Made by a program: the position numbers and the translations under genes. Source: Bdellovibrionota bacterium (GTDB taxonomy: Bacteria; Bdellovibrionota_G; JALEGL01; DATDPG01). Taken from it: a stretch of DNA of 64,000 bases. The stretch lies in assembly GCA_963668355.1 (NCBI GenBank), contig OY764265.1:384001-448000 (forward strand), given 5' to 3'. Shown here piece after piece: positions 47,054 through 56,828 of the stretch (position 1 is the stretch's first letter; each line of letters starts with the position of its first letter). Under the pieces are notes generated by a model. That model had not been told where the DNA came from, searched no databases, and saw only the letters and a list, made by a program, of their open reading frames with translations.

Positions 47054-48280
47054 ATGCTCGATACTAATTGTTTCAACGGGGAGAGCATCAGCGTGGTTCA
47101 AGCATCAAATCATCCATCTTCGACCTTTTCAGCTCAGGAAGAACAAACACTTCGAGAGCTTCGTCACACACTCCATGGGAAAGCCGAAGCCTCTCATCAG
47201 GAGGAACAAACGGCGAAGGTTCTGACCGAATTTCTCAATCAACACAAACCTGACCAAATCCTTACGGACATAGCAGGACATGGCATTCTGGCGATTTTCG
47301 AAGGCCAAGAAAAGGGACCTTCTATTTTGATCCGATCGGATATGGACGGCCTCCCCATCGAAGAAAAGGATGAAAAGGGAGAAACGCGTGCAACCTCTCA
47401 TCGCTGCGGCCATGATGGACATATGGCCATGGTATCCGGAGTCGCCTTAAAACTGGCGCAGTTCCGTCCTCCAAAAGGAAAAGTGGCCCTCCTCTTTCAA
47501 CCGGCAGAAGAAGTGGGAGAAGGAGCTGCCAAAGTATTGGAAGATCAGGCGTTTTCTCAAGCCATTCATCCCGATTTTGCGTTTGCCCTACACAATCTTC
47601 CGGGCCTTCCTTTGGGAACGGTTGTACTTCGCGATGGCGTCTTCGCTTCCGCTTCGGAAGGCATGCAAATTTTCTTCAAAGGAAAAACCTCTCATGCTGC
47701 TGAGCCACATCAAGGGGTAAGCCCCGCTCTAGCCCTTGCGCAAGTGATCGAGGCCTTGAGTTCTGCACCCCAGTTTCACACGGGCCTGGCTGATGCTGCA
47801 CAGGCAACCTTGATTCACGCACGATTCGGCGAAGCCGATGCTTTCGGAACATCCCCTGGAGAGGGGTGGATTCAAGCCACCTTGCGAGCCCATGACGATG
47901 ATGTGATGAACACGCTTAAGCGTGAGTGTACATCCCTCGCGGAGAGATTGGGAAAGGCCCACCGCCTAAACACCGAGATTACTTGGACTCAAGGTTTTCC
48001 GGTTACGAACAACGTCTCCAAGCTCAATGGATTCATCGAAGCCTCCGCAAAGAAATTAAAATTACCCATTCAGCGGCCCGCTCTTCCCTATGCGTGGTCT
48101 GAAGATTTTGGACATTTCACCCACACCTATCCGGGAGCCTTATTTGGTTTGGGCTCAGGAAAAACCCAACCCGCTTTGCATAATCCAGATTACGAGTTTC
48201 CCGACGACCTCATTGTCTCGGGAAGTTCGCTGTTTCTTGAAATCATCACCCAAGCCCTTGAGAGTTCCACAGATGTTTGA
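47054..48280 (+). CDS. M20D amidohydrolase (aminoacylase/hippurate hydrolase-like)
   Basis: LRHTLH..AE.S..E, RSDMDGLPI, HRCGHDGH, FQPAEEVGEGA, SEDFG and LHNPDYEFPD. Confidence 0.9.
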   Translation: MLDTNCFNGESISVVQASNHPSSTFSAQEEQTLRELRHTLHGKAEASHQEEQTAKVLTEFLNQHKPDQILTDIAGHGILAIFEGQEKGPSILIRSDMDGLPIEEKDEKGETRATSHRCGHDGHMAMVSGVALKLAQFRPPKGKVALLFQPAEEVGEGAAKVLEDQAFSQAIHPDFAFALHNLPGLPLGTVVLRDGVFASASEGMQIFFKGKTSHAAEPHQGVSPALALAQVIEALSSAPQFHTGLADAAQATLIHARFGEADAFGTSPGEGWIQATLRAHDDDVMNTLKRECTSLAERLGKAHRLNTEITWTQGFPVTNNVSKLNGFIEASAKKLKLPIQRPALPYAWSEDFGHFTHTYPGALFGLGSGKTQPALHNPDYEFPDDLIVSGSSLFLEIITQALESSTDV

Positions 48281-49454
48281 AAGTTCGAAGATTGAACTAA
48301 GCCGATCCGCCTTAAGAAGTAACATCCGTTTTCTCAAGAAAGTGATCGGCCCCAACACGATTTTTTCTTCGGTCATTAAAGGAAATGCATACGGTCATTG
48401 GCTTCCTCTCTTTGTGCCTTTGGCTGAAAAATGTGGCGTCCGACATTTTTCCGTATTCAGTGCAGCCGAAGCGCATCAGGCGTTGAAGAGTCGAACGCAG
48501 GACAGTCACATCATGATCATGGGAGACCTTGATTCAGAAGCTTTGGCCTGGGCCATAGAAAAGGAATTGTCGTTTTTTGTCTTTGACCCCGAACGAGTCA
48601 AGTCAGCCATTCAAACGTCCAAGAAAATTGGCAAACCGGCCAAGTTGCATCTCGAACTGGAAACCGGATTGAATCGCACAGGGCTTTCGTCCAAACAGCT
48701 CAGACAAGTGCTGGAATACCTCCAGAAAGACCCCAATCAGATTCAAATCGAAGGCGTTTGCTCGCATTTGGCCGGAGCTGAAAACTTCGGGAATTATTTA
48801 AGAATCCAGAGCCAAATCGAAAACTACCAATCTCAAGTGAGCTGGTTGCAAAAACAACCCGTAATGTCTCAGAGACCCAGTTTTTTAAGACACACCGCCT
48901 GCTCGGCGGCCGTCATCAACTACCCTGAAACGATTCTGGACATGGTCCGCATCGGAATCGCCCAGTACGGTTTCTGGCCCAGCAAGGAAACAGAGATTCA
49001 CTATTTCAACTTCCACAAGAAAGTGCACTCACGAGCCAAACGACGCTCCCCATTAAAGCGCATCATCAAATGGAGCAGTCGAATCATGAGCACCAAAGAA
49101 GTCAAACGCGGGGACTACGTGGGGTATGGATCCTCCGGATTGGTTACACGAAACTTGAAACTGGCGTCGGTTCCGATCGGCTATAGCCATGGATTCTCCC
49201 GAGATCTCAGTCACAAAGGACATGTGCTTGTGCAAGGCCGGCGAGCTCCCATTGTGGGAATGGTGAACATGAGCATGTTCATGATCGACGTGACCGATAT
49301 TCCCTCCGTGAAAAGAGGCGATGAAGTTGTCCTGGTCGGACAACAAGGGGACGCTACCATTTCCATTGGAGCCTTCGGTGAACTCACGCGTTTCATTAAC
49401 TATGAAGTATTGGTGAGTCTACCCACGGAAATTCCACGAGTAGTGGTGGACTAA
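48273..49454 (+). CDS. alr: Alanine racemase
   Basis: VIKGNAYGH (PLP Lys), HLELETGLNRTG, MVRIGIAQYG, VGYG, PIGYSHG and G.VNM; start set to ATG 48273, overlapping the upstream gene. Confidence 0.9.
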   Translation: MFESSKIELSRSALRSNIRFLKKVIGPNTIFSSVIKGNAYGHWLPLFVPLAEKCGVRHFSVFSAAEAHQALKSRTQDSHIMIMGDLDSEALAWAIEKELSFFVFDPERVKSAIQTSKKIGKPAKLHLELETGLNRTGLSSKQLRQVLEYLQKDPNQIQIEGVCSHLAGAENFGNYLRIQSQIENYQSQVSWLQKQPVMSQRPSFLRHTACSAAVINYPETILDMVRIGIAQYGFWPSKETEIHYFNFHKKVHSRAKRRSPLKRIIKWSSRIMSTKEVKRGDYVGYGSSGLVTRNLKLASVPIGYSHGFSRDLSHKGHVLVQGRRAPIVGMVNMSMFMIDVTDIPSVKRGDEVVLVGQQGDATISIGAFGELTRFINYEVLVSLPTEIPRVVVD

Positions 49455-49471
49455 ATTTAAGAAAGGTCGAT

Positions 49472-50062
49472 ATGAAAAACGTCTTATGCGCCATTGCATT
49501 TTTTTTGAGCCCAAACTTTCTCGTCGCAGCTCCAATTCAAAAGGCCACATTCGCCGGCGGATGCTTCTGGTGCATGGAAGTTTCTTTTGAAGAGTTGGAT
49601 GGCGTCGAATCGGTGATTTCCGGTTTCGCCGGTGGATCCAAGAAAAACCCAACCTACGCCGAGGTGTCCAGTGGCAAAACAAAATACCTAGAAGTCGTTC
49701 AGGTCTCCTACGATCCTTCTAAAATCACGTATAAAAAACTTTTGGAGGTCTTTTGGCGAAGCTTCGACCCCACCGACGACGGAGGTCAATTCAAGGACCG
49801 AGGGAATCAATATCGATCAGCCATTTTCTATCACACGCCTGAACAAAAAAGAGAAGCCAAGGAATCCAAACAAAAGTTGTCCGCTTCCAAACGATTCAAC
49901 AAACCCATCGTCACCGAAATTCGACCTTTTACGACATTTTTCCCAGCGGAAAAATATCATCAGGATTATTACAAAAAGAACCCAAAGCATTACAAACAAT
50001 ACCGTAAAGCTTCCGGGAGAGATGCCTTCCTTGACGAAACCTGGGGGAAAGAGAAACAATAA
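49472..50062 (+). CDS. msrA: Peptide-methionine (S)-S-oxide reductase with signal peptide
   Basis: ATFAGGCFWC, DPTDDGGQF.DRG.QYRSAIF and AEKYHQDYY. Confidence 0.95.
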   Translation: MKNVLCAIAFFLSPNFLVAAPIQKATFAGGCFWCMEVSFEELDGVESVISGFAGGSKKNPTYAEVSSGKTKYLEVVQVSYDPSKITYKKLLEVFWRSFDPTDDGGQFKDRGNQYRSAIFYHTPEQKREAKESKQKLSASKRFNKPIVTEIRPFTTFFPAEKYHQDYYKKNPKHYKQYRKASGRDAFLDETWGKEKQ

Positions 50063-50113
50063 AGCCATGGCCCCCTTTGTCCTATAATGGATGGAAGAGA
50101 ACAGGAGGAAAAC

Positions 50114-50584
50114 ATGAATCACCAAGACTTCATGAAACGTACGCTTGAGATTGCGCGAGACAAAATGAATTCCAACGAAGGCGGCCCTTTTGGCGCCCTG
50201 ATTGTTCGCAAAGGCGAAATCATTGCGGAAGGCTGGAACCGCGTCACATCCACCTGTGATCCAACCGCCCATGCCGAAGTTCAAGCGGTTCGAAATGCAT
50301 GTCAAAAACTGGGGACGTTTCATTTGAAAGATTGCGTGATTTATTCCAGTTGTGAACCCTGCCCAATGTGTTTGTCCGCCATTTATTGGGCCCACATCGA
50401 TCGCATCTACTACGCATGTACGAAAGAAGATGCGGCGGCCATTGATTTTGATGACGACCTCATCTACCAGGAGATAAAAAAGCCCCTACAAGAACGAATC
50501 GTTCCAGCAGAAAACATGATGCGCGAGCGGGGGTTGGATGTGTTTAAAGCCTGGACCGAAAAAGAAGACCGCATTCCTTATTAA
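50114..50584 (+). CDS. Nucleoside/guanine deaminase (cytidine deaminase fold, GuaD-like)
   Basis: GGPFGALIV, DPTAHAEV and SSCEPCPMCL; AGGAGG RBS before ATG 50114. Confidence 0.9.
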   Translation: MNHQDFMKRTLEIARDKMNSNEGGPFGALIVRKGEIIAEGWNRVTSTCDPTAHAEVQAVRNACQKLGTFHLKDCVIYSSCEPCPMCLSAIYWAHIDRIYYACTKEDAAAIDFDDDLIYQEIKKPLQERIVPAENMMRERGLDVFKAWTEKEDRIPY

Positions 50585-50776
50585 GATAAGGTCCATTTGA
50601 GCCTGGACCAATCTAACGCATCGTTTCTTTGCGAGCGGGTTTACGAAGGACCCTTTTCGCGCCAAGCGATCTGAAGATAATTCATTTTAATACCTCGTAT
50701 AAACCTGCCGGGGATCAGTTTTTTTGTCGCCCCATCCTTTAAAAAGGCAGGAGGAAAATCAATTACTCACGAGGAT

Positions 50777-52504
50777 ATGACAATGGTTGAATCTCGAACT
50801 CATGATGTTCTGATTTTTGGTACGGGCTTGGCGGGTCTTCGGGCGGCCGTCCAGATTTCCATGGAATTGGGAGATTCCGTAGACATCGGATTGGTTTCCA
50901 AAGTCCAGCTCAACCGGGCGCATTCCGTATGTGCCGAAGGCGGCACAGCAGCCGTACTCCGAACGGAAGAAGGAGATAGCCTGGATCTTCATGCTTGGGA
51001 TTCCATCAAGGGTTCCGACTTTCTAGCCGACCAAGACGTCGTGGACATCTTCGTGAAAACCTGCCCCGAAGAGATCAATCTCCTCGATCATTGGGGACTG
51101 CCCTGGTCCCGAAGAAAAGACGGACGCATTCTCCAACGACCCTTTGGAGGTCATGGATACCCGAGAGCCACCTTAGCCGCAGACAAAACGGGCTTTTTTG
51201 AAATGCAAACCCTCTACGATCACCTCTTGCGTTTCAACAAGTCCTTCACCAGATATGACGAAGGCTTCGTGACATCCATCCAGGTGGAAAACAACCAGTT
51301 TGCGGGCCTGACCATGTACGACGCAACTACGGGTGAGTTCAAACTTCTAAAAGGAAAAGCCCTTCTGATCGCTTCCGGTGGACTCGGAACCCTGTACGGA
51401 TTCACGACATACTCTCAAACCGTTACGGGAGATGGCCAAGCCGTAGCCTACCGTGCAGGCTTGGCGTTGGAAGACATGGAGTTCATTCAATTCCATCCCA
51501 CCGGTTTGGTGCCTTCTGGAATTCTCATGACCGAAGGCTGCCGAGGAGAAGGCGGGTATTTGCGAAACAATAAAGGCGAGCGTTTCATGGAAAAATATGC
51601 CGCCAAAATGATGGAACTGGCGCCGCGAGACATCGTTTCTCGATCCGAGACCACCGAAATCTTGGAAGGAAGAGGATTTGAAACGGCCGACGGTCTCGGA
51701 GCCCTTCACCTGGACCTCACTCACTTGGGAGCCGAAAAAATCAACACCTCTCTCCCCCTCATTCGAGAGGTATGCATGAAATTCGTGGGACTGGACCCCA
51801 TCAAAGACCCCATTCCCATTCGCCCGGTGGCCCACTATTCCATGGGAGGCATTGAGGCCGACATTCGCGGAGCTACACGCATGAAAGGAATTTGGGCAGC
51901 CGGAGAAGTAGCCTGCACTTCCTTGCATGGAGCCAATCGATTGGGCTCAAATTCCACCGCAGAATGCTTGGTCTGGGGAAACATCAGCGGAAAAGAAATT
52001 TCCAACTATCTAAAAACCAATCCGAGCGTGCAAGAACCCGACTCCGACAAGGTGGAAGGTGAACGAAAGAGAATCTTCGAACACCTTCTCCAGAAAACGG
52101 GCAATGAGTGCCCGTACAAAATTCGGGAAGAACTTCGAAAAACCATGGATGAAAACGTGGGCGTTTTCCGAACCGGCGAAAAACTTTCCCTGGCGTTGAG
52201 TCACATCAAAGCCCTCAAAAAACGTTTTGAAGATGTTTCGGTGGAAGACAAATCCTTGGTCTACAACACCAACCTGATCAACACCTTGGAAACCGAGAAC
52301 TTACTAGACCTTGCTGAAGTCCTCGTAACCTGTGCATTAGCCAGGGAAGAGTCCAGAGGAGGCCATTCTCGAAAAGACTTCACGGTGCGTAACGACGAAC
52401 AATGGTTGAAACATTCACTGGCCTACCATGGTGAAAAGGAACCGAAGATTGATTACAAATCGGTAACCATCACCAAATGGAAACCCGTGGAACGAAAATA
52501 TTAG
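50777..52504 (+). CDS. sdhA: Succinate dehydrogenase/fumarate reductase flavoprotein subunit
   Basis: GTGLAGLRAA, RAHSVCAEGG (FAD His), QFHPTG, ELAPRD, HYSMGG, HGANRLGSNS and REESRGGH. Confidence 0.93.
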   Translation: MTMVESRTHDVLIFGTGLAGLRAAVQISMELGDSVDIGLVSKVQLNRAHSVCAEGGTAAVLRTEEGDSLDLHAWDSIKGSDFLADQDVVDIFVKTCPEEINLLDHWGLPWSRRKDGRILQRPFGGHGYPRATLAADKTGFFEMQTLYDHLLRFNKSFTRYDEGFVTSIQVENNQFAGLTMYDATTGEFKLLKGKALLIASGGLGTLYGFTTYSQTVTGDGQAVAYRAGLALEDMEFIQFHPTGLVPSGILMTEGCRGEGGYLRNNKGERFMEKYAAKMMELAPRDIVSRSETTEILEGRGFETADGLGALHLDLTHLGAEKINTSLPLIREVCMKFVGLDPIKDPIPIRPVAHYSMGGIEADIRGATRMKGIWAAGEVACTSLHGANRLGSNSTAECLVWGNISGKEISNYLKTNPSVQEPDSDKVEGERKRIFEHLLQKTGNECPYKIREELRKTMDENVGVFRTGEKLSLALSHIKALKKRFEDVSVEDKSLVYNTNLINTLETENLLDLAEVLVTCALAREESRGGHSRKDFTVRNDEQWLKHSLAYHGEKEPKIDYKSVTITKWKPVERKY

Positions 52505-52526
52505 ATTGGCGAGAGGAGACACCTAC

Positions 52527-52967
52527 ATGAAAGTCAAAAGATTCGACAATCGACTCGGAATCACAGGATGGGCATTGGGCGGAAAATGGGGAATCGAACG
52601 CTATGCCTACACGCTTCATCGGATCACAGGCCTGGGCATTCTTTTTTACTTCATTCTCCACATTTTCGTGACGTCCATGAGAGTGTTCGGTCAATCCGCC
52701 TGGGAACAAATGATGGCCCGCGTTCATCATCCGATCTTTTTACTGGGCGAATACCTCATCTATGCCGCTTTCGCGTTCCATGCCATGAACGGCATTCGAT
52801 TGATTTTGGTTGAACTCGGTTGGGGCGTCGGAGCCCCCGAGGAACCCATCTATCCGTACAAAACATCCTTGAATGTCCAACGGCCCATGTTGATTCTGGC
52901 CCTTCTTCTCGCTGGAGTCATCGCCTTCTTCGGCATTTTCAATCTCATGCAATTAAAGGGCTTTTAA
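52527..52967 (+). CDS. sdhC: Succinate dehydrogenase cytochrome b subunit
   Basis: LHRITG, LHI and FHAMNGIRLIL; 3 TM. Confidence 0.88.
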   Translation: MKVKRFDNRLGITGWALGGKWGIERYAYTLHRITGLGILFYFILHIFVTSMRVFGQSAWEQMMARVHHPIFLLGEYLIYAAFAFHAMNGIRLILVELGWGVGAPEEPIYPYKTSLNVQRPMLILALLLAGVIAFFGIFNLMQLKGF

Positions 52968-52985
52968 GTTTTCGGGAGAACCTTC

Positions 52986-53360
52986 ATGAAAGAAACCAAA
53001 TATTGGACATGGCACATCATCACCGCAGGAATCATCCTCGTGCTTTTGGGCCTACACATGTTCATTCAACACCTTGATTTAATCGTAGGGTTTGCCAACC
53101 CCGAAGGCGGAAGAGCCATCGCCTGGGAAAACGTTTTGGCAAGAAGCCAAACCACGGCTTTTGTCGTCATCTACATCGTACTTTTGGGCGCAGCTCTCTA
53201 CCATGGTCTGTACGGTCTTCGAACGATTCTCTTTGAACTCAATCTCAAAAAAGGACTCCAGAAAGGCATCAATTGGTTCTTCTGGATTGGCGGAGTCGGC
53301 TTATTCCTTTTCGGCTCATGGGCAGCCATCGCCGCAAAACTCCTTAACCCCAACGTTTAA
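52986..53360 (+). CDS. sdhD: Succinate dehydrogenase membrane anchor subunit
   Basis: WHIITA, GLHM and YHGLYGLRTILFE; 3 TM. Confidence 0.82.
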   Translation: MKETKYWTWHIITAGIILVLLGLHMFIQHLDLIVGFANPEGGRAIAWENVLARSQTTAFVVIYIVLLGAALYHGLYGLRTILFELNLKKGLQKGINWFFWIGGVGLFLFGSWAAIAAKLLNPNV

Positions 53361-53375
53361 AGTGAGGAAAAACTC

Positions 53376-54194
53376 ATGGCCAACGAAATCACATTCAGAA
53401 TTCGCAAATTTAATCCCGAAAAAGATACCGAACCCCATTGGGAAGATCACACCATCGCCGTCACTCCCGGAATGACGGTCTTGGACGGACTCCACGAAAT
53501 CAAAGGGAAGAAAGATCGAACCCTGGCCATGCGATATTCGTGTCGAATGGGTGTGTGTGGATCATGTGCCATGTTGATCAATGGGAAACCGGCCTTGGCC
53601 TGCAACACACAAATTAAAGATGTGGCCGAATCCGTTCTATTGGTGGCTCCCCTTCCCAATTTCGACATCATCAAAGATTTGGTTCCCGATCTTCAACCCA
53701 TGTTCGAAAAACATGTTCAGATGTCCCCTTACATCATTCGCGACGACATGGACGAAGTGAATCATCCCAGCGGAGAATTCTTTCAATCTCCCGAAGAACT
53801 CACAAAATATCTGCAATTTGCCTATTGCATAAAATGTGGCGCTTGCATGGCGGCTTGCCCGACCATGGCCACTGATCGAGAATATTTCGGCCCCATGCCC
53901 CTAACATCTGCCCATCGCTACAGTTCCGATACGCGCGATGGCGGCTTTCACGAACGAAAAAAGGTCGTTGGGAACGATCATGGCGCGTTTCGATGTCACT
54001 ACGGCGGGGAATGTTCCAATGTCTGCCCAAAAGGCGTCGATCCCGCACGAGCCATCCAGTTGATGAAACGCAGCCTGGTTTTCGACTACCTGAAGCTTCG
54101 GAAACAACCCTGCCCATCCTCACCGATGAGCAAACCCACCGAAGCCAAACGCCTAGATGGCGTTCCAGACGCCCCGGAATACACCGTGAAATAG
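53376..54194 (+). CDS. sdhB: Succinate dehydrogenase iron-sulfur subunit
   Basis: SCRMGVCGSC..NG...LAC, CIKCGACMAACP and CHYGGECSNVCPKG. Confidence 0.93.
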   Translation: MANEITFRIRKFNPEKDTEPHWEDHTIAVTPGMTVLDGLHEIKGKKDRTLAMRYSCRMGVCGSCAMLINGKPALACNTQIKDVAESVLLVAPLPNFDIIKDLVPDLQPMFEKHVQMSPYIIRDDMDEVNHPSGEFFQSPEELTKYLQFAYCIKCGACMAACPTMATDREYFGPMPLTSAHRYSSDTRDGGFHERKKVVGNDHGAFRCHYGGECSNVCPKGVDPARAIQLMKRSLVFDYLKLRKQPCPSSPMSKPTEAKRLDGVPDAPEYTVK

Positions 54195-54351
54195 CACCGA
54201 AAATAGATGCTTGACATATCTCAAAGAATTCTATACAGGGCTCCCATTATTTTTGCCAGCTCGCCTACCGATCTTTTCTTTCGATTCCGTCGTTATTCGC
54301 GCTTCAGAAATGTAACCCAGTAAAACCCGTGAATCGAAAAAGGACACAACC

Positions 54352-54669
54352 ATGCCCAAAAAATTATATGTAGGAAATCTCCCTTTTTCAGTAACCAATC
54401 AAGACTTGATGGATATGTTCGCAGAATGCGGAACCGTCGAATCTGCTGATTTGATCATTGATCGAGACACACAACGAAGCAAAGGCTTTGGATTTGTCGA
54501 AATGGCAAATGACAACGAAGCTCAGGCAGCCATCGAAAAATTTGATGGCCAAGATTACAATGGCCGTTCCCTCAAAGTGAACGAAGCCAGACCCATGCAA
54601 AAACGAAATAGCGGTGGTGGAAACCGTGGTTTCGGAGGCGGACGACGCGGCGGACGATCTTCCTACTAA
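54352..54669 (+). CDS. RRM RNA-binding protein with Gly/Arg-rich tail
   Basis: RNP2 LYVGNL, RNP1 KGFGFVEM, LKVNEA and RGG tail. Confidence 0.95.
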   Translation: MPKKLYVGNLPFSVTNQDLMDMFAECGTVESADLIIDRDTQRSKGFGFVEMANDNEAQAAIEKFDGQDYNGRSLKVNEARPMQKRNSGGGNRGFGGGRRGGRSSY

Positions 54670-54696
54670 GCAACCCTTCAATATCAATATTGCCCG

Positions 54697-54728
54697 AAAG
54701 CCCAGGCCCTAATCCTGGGCTTTTGTTT
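54697..54728 (+). terminator. Rho-independent terminator
   Basis: AAAGCCCAGG-ccctaat-CCTGGGCTTT followed by TGTTT. Confidence 0.85.
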
Positions 54729-54786
54729 GCCTTACGTACGAATTTTCACCTAAAATCCTTCAACATATTCGCGACTTACCTCTTCA

Positions 54787-56262
54787 TTGACGCGTTCGAA
54801 AAAAAACAACGCTATTTTTTTCAAACCCAGTGTGCAAAGATTTGATTCCTCCATGCCCCTCACTTCGACCCGACAAGAACGATTTGCACTCAACGAGTGG
54901 ACCGACATCACGCTCGATGGGCACGCCAAGACATTCTCATGTCGCGTGGAAAACGTAAGCTGTGGAGGCATGCTTCTTCGACACATTGAGCCCCTTGAAG
55001 TGGGCTCCTTCGTTTCCATTTCTTCTCAATTACCTCATCAACCTTCCCTTTCAACGACCGGAGAAGTGGTACGCGTGGAAACGTCCAGCCTATCGAGAAA
55101 ACAATGTGGAATCGGAATTCGATTTGACCAGCCCGACAATTCTCTTTCACAAGCCTATCTTCAACATTCGAGTCAAAGCATGAAGATGGCTCGGCTAGAA
55201 AAGATCAACAAACTCACCCGCATCATTCATCAAGATCTTCTCGTTCCAGAAGTATTGGACCATGTCTACGTGAATTTTCGAGGTCTCATTCCTTTTGATC
55301 GCTTGGCCTATGCACGCATGGTCAACGGAAGCAAAAACGCGCGTTTAATCTGGGTCCGAAGCGAGTATGCCAAACACCTTCTGGACATTGGCTATGAGCG
55401 ATCCCTTCATAAAAGCAGTTTATTGGATTTGGGGAAAAAGAAGCAGATTCGCATCATTAATGATCTCCAAGAACACCTTGCCGAAAATCCAAATTCCGAA
55501 TCCACGAAACTGATTCTTGATGAAGGTCTCCGCTCCAGCCTCACGTGTCCTCTAGAAATTTCTGACAACCTCTTGGGATTTCTATTCTTTTCCAGCAGAA
55601 AAACCCACACCTACTCCTCTCACCACATCGAGACCTTTGAAGACATCGCAGGACAACTCACCATCGCCCTCTACAAAAACCTCATCATCCAAGAATTGGC
55701 CGCGGCAAAAAAGAAACTGGAACAAAGCACAACCCGCTTGGCAAAACTGGCCACAAAAGATTACTTAACCGGAACGTTAAATCGTCGCGCCTTTGAAGAT
55801 GTCCTGAAAAAATCTTGGGGACGAGACGTCCGAAATCAACACCCCCTCTCCCTCATCATTTTGGACATCGACCACTTCAAAGATTTCAATGATCGATTCG
55901 GTCATCTCAGAGGAGATGAGTGCCTCCGAAGCGTTGCTCAGGCCCTTTCGGAAGCCTTAAAACGTCCGGGGGACATTTTGGGTCGTTATGGCGGCGAGGA
56001 ATTTGCCATCATCCTGGAAGACACCCCCTCCGAAGGAGCCTACCAAATTGCCGAGGATCTAAGACGGGCTGTCATGGCCCTGGACCTTCCTGCGGCCAAA
56101 CAAGAGACCAGTGGTCTTCTGACCGTTAGCTTAGGATGTGCGACCATCTATCCCAATGAGAAAGGCTCTTCTCGGGATCTCATCGCTTCCGCAGATCGAG
56201 CCCTCTACCAAGCCAAACGCGCCGGACGAAACCGAGTCGTCTCCGTACGAAACAACGCCTAA
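54787..56262 (+). CDS. Diguanylate cyclase, PilZ-GAF-GGDEF architecture (start may be 54853)
   Basis: NVSCGG..GEVVRV..GIGIRF (PilZ); LRSSLTCPL..LGFLFFSS (GAF); DYLTG.LNRR, DIDHFK.FND.FGH..GD, RPGD I-site and GGEEF. Confidence 0.9.
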   Translation: MTRSKKNNAIFFKPSVQRFDSSMPLTSTRQERFALNEWTDITLDGHAKTFSCRVENVSCGGMLLRHIEPLEVGSFVSISSQLPHQPSLSTTGEVVRVETSSLSRKQCGIGIRFDQPDNSLSQAYLQHSSQSMKMARLEKINKLTRIIHQDLLVPEVLDHVYVNFRGLIPFDRLAYARMVNGSKNARLIWVRSEYAKHLLDIGYERSLHKSSLLDLGKKKQIRIINDLQEHLAENPNSESTKLILDEGLRSSLTCPLEISDNLLGFLFFSSRKTHTYSSHHIETFEDIAGQLTIALYKNLIIQELAAAKKKLEQSTTRLAKLATKDYLTGTLNRRAFEDVLKKSWGRDVRNQHPLSLIILDIDHFKDFNDRFGHLRGDECLRSVAQALSEALKRPGDILGRYGGEEFAIILEDTPSEGAYQIAEDLRRAVMALDLPAAKQETSGLLTVSLGCATIYPNEKGSSRDLIASADRALYQAKRAGRNRVVSVRNNA

Positions 56263-56346
56263 CGCCCCCCTCCTGACTGATTTTGGATTTGTGTTAGGCT
56301 TCATAAGAAAACAAGTATTGAGAACAAACAAAAAGGAAAACCAATC

Positions 56347-56712
56347 ATGAAAGTAACACTGGTCCATTGGTTGCTGGCCTCTTTGTCCTTAATGATAACG
56401 GCCTATCTCGTCCCCGGAGTTCATGTGAACAGTTTCTTTTCGGCTCTCATCGCCTCCGTGATCATCGGACTCGTCAACATCACTGTTTGGCCTCTTTTGA
56501 TTTTCTTCACCCTCCCGCTCACCATCCTCACCTTTGGCCTTTTTCTTTTCGTAGTAAACGGTTTGGCACTCTGGATTGCCGCAGCCTTCTCCCCAGGCTT
56601 TGCCATCAATGGCATATTCCCCGCCATCATTGGATCCATCGTTCTTACAATCGTCGGCGCCATCATCCGCCACCTTTTCAAAAGCACGCGAAACACACCC
56701 AAACAACCGTAG
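56347..56712 (+). CDS. YvlD / 4-TMS 'phage holin family' membrane protein
   Basis: AYLVPGV.V.SF.SALIA..IIGLVN....PLL...TLPLTILTFGLF.FVVN. Confidence 0.88.
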   Translation: MKVTLVHWLLASLSLMITAYLVPGVHVNSFFSALIASVIIGLVNITVWPLLIFFTLPLTILTFGLFLFVVNGLALWIAAAFSPGFAINGIFPAIIGSIVLTIVGAIIRHLFKSTRNTPKQP

Positions 56713-56828
56713 AAAAACTCGCGCCTCCATGCCCCACCGAACAGGTCCCACCTCCCCCCGCCTCAAGTCACCCCTCCTAAATCCTGAATGATCTTCAATA
56801 CATCGAGAAAACCGTTCTGGCATCCATC

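Noticed and set aside
46091..47225. Long + strand ORFs (276 aa and 255 aa) opposite the racemase and GNAT genes
   Set aside because: Antisense shadows of well-supported genes, with no motifs. The same applies to the other overlapping alternative ORFs in the track, such as 1265-1978, 15904-16497 and 51347-51928.
54211..54237. Sigma-70 promoter TTGACA...TATACA upstream of the RRM gene
   Set aside because: Perfect -35, but only a 15-nt spacer to the best -10; plausible but not supportable by eye.
56347..56712. 'Phage holin' as evidence of a prophage
   Set aside because: The YvlD-type family is commonly chromosomal, and there are no phage structural, integrase or lysin genes nearby.
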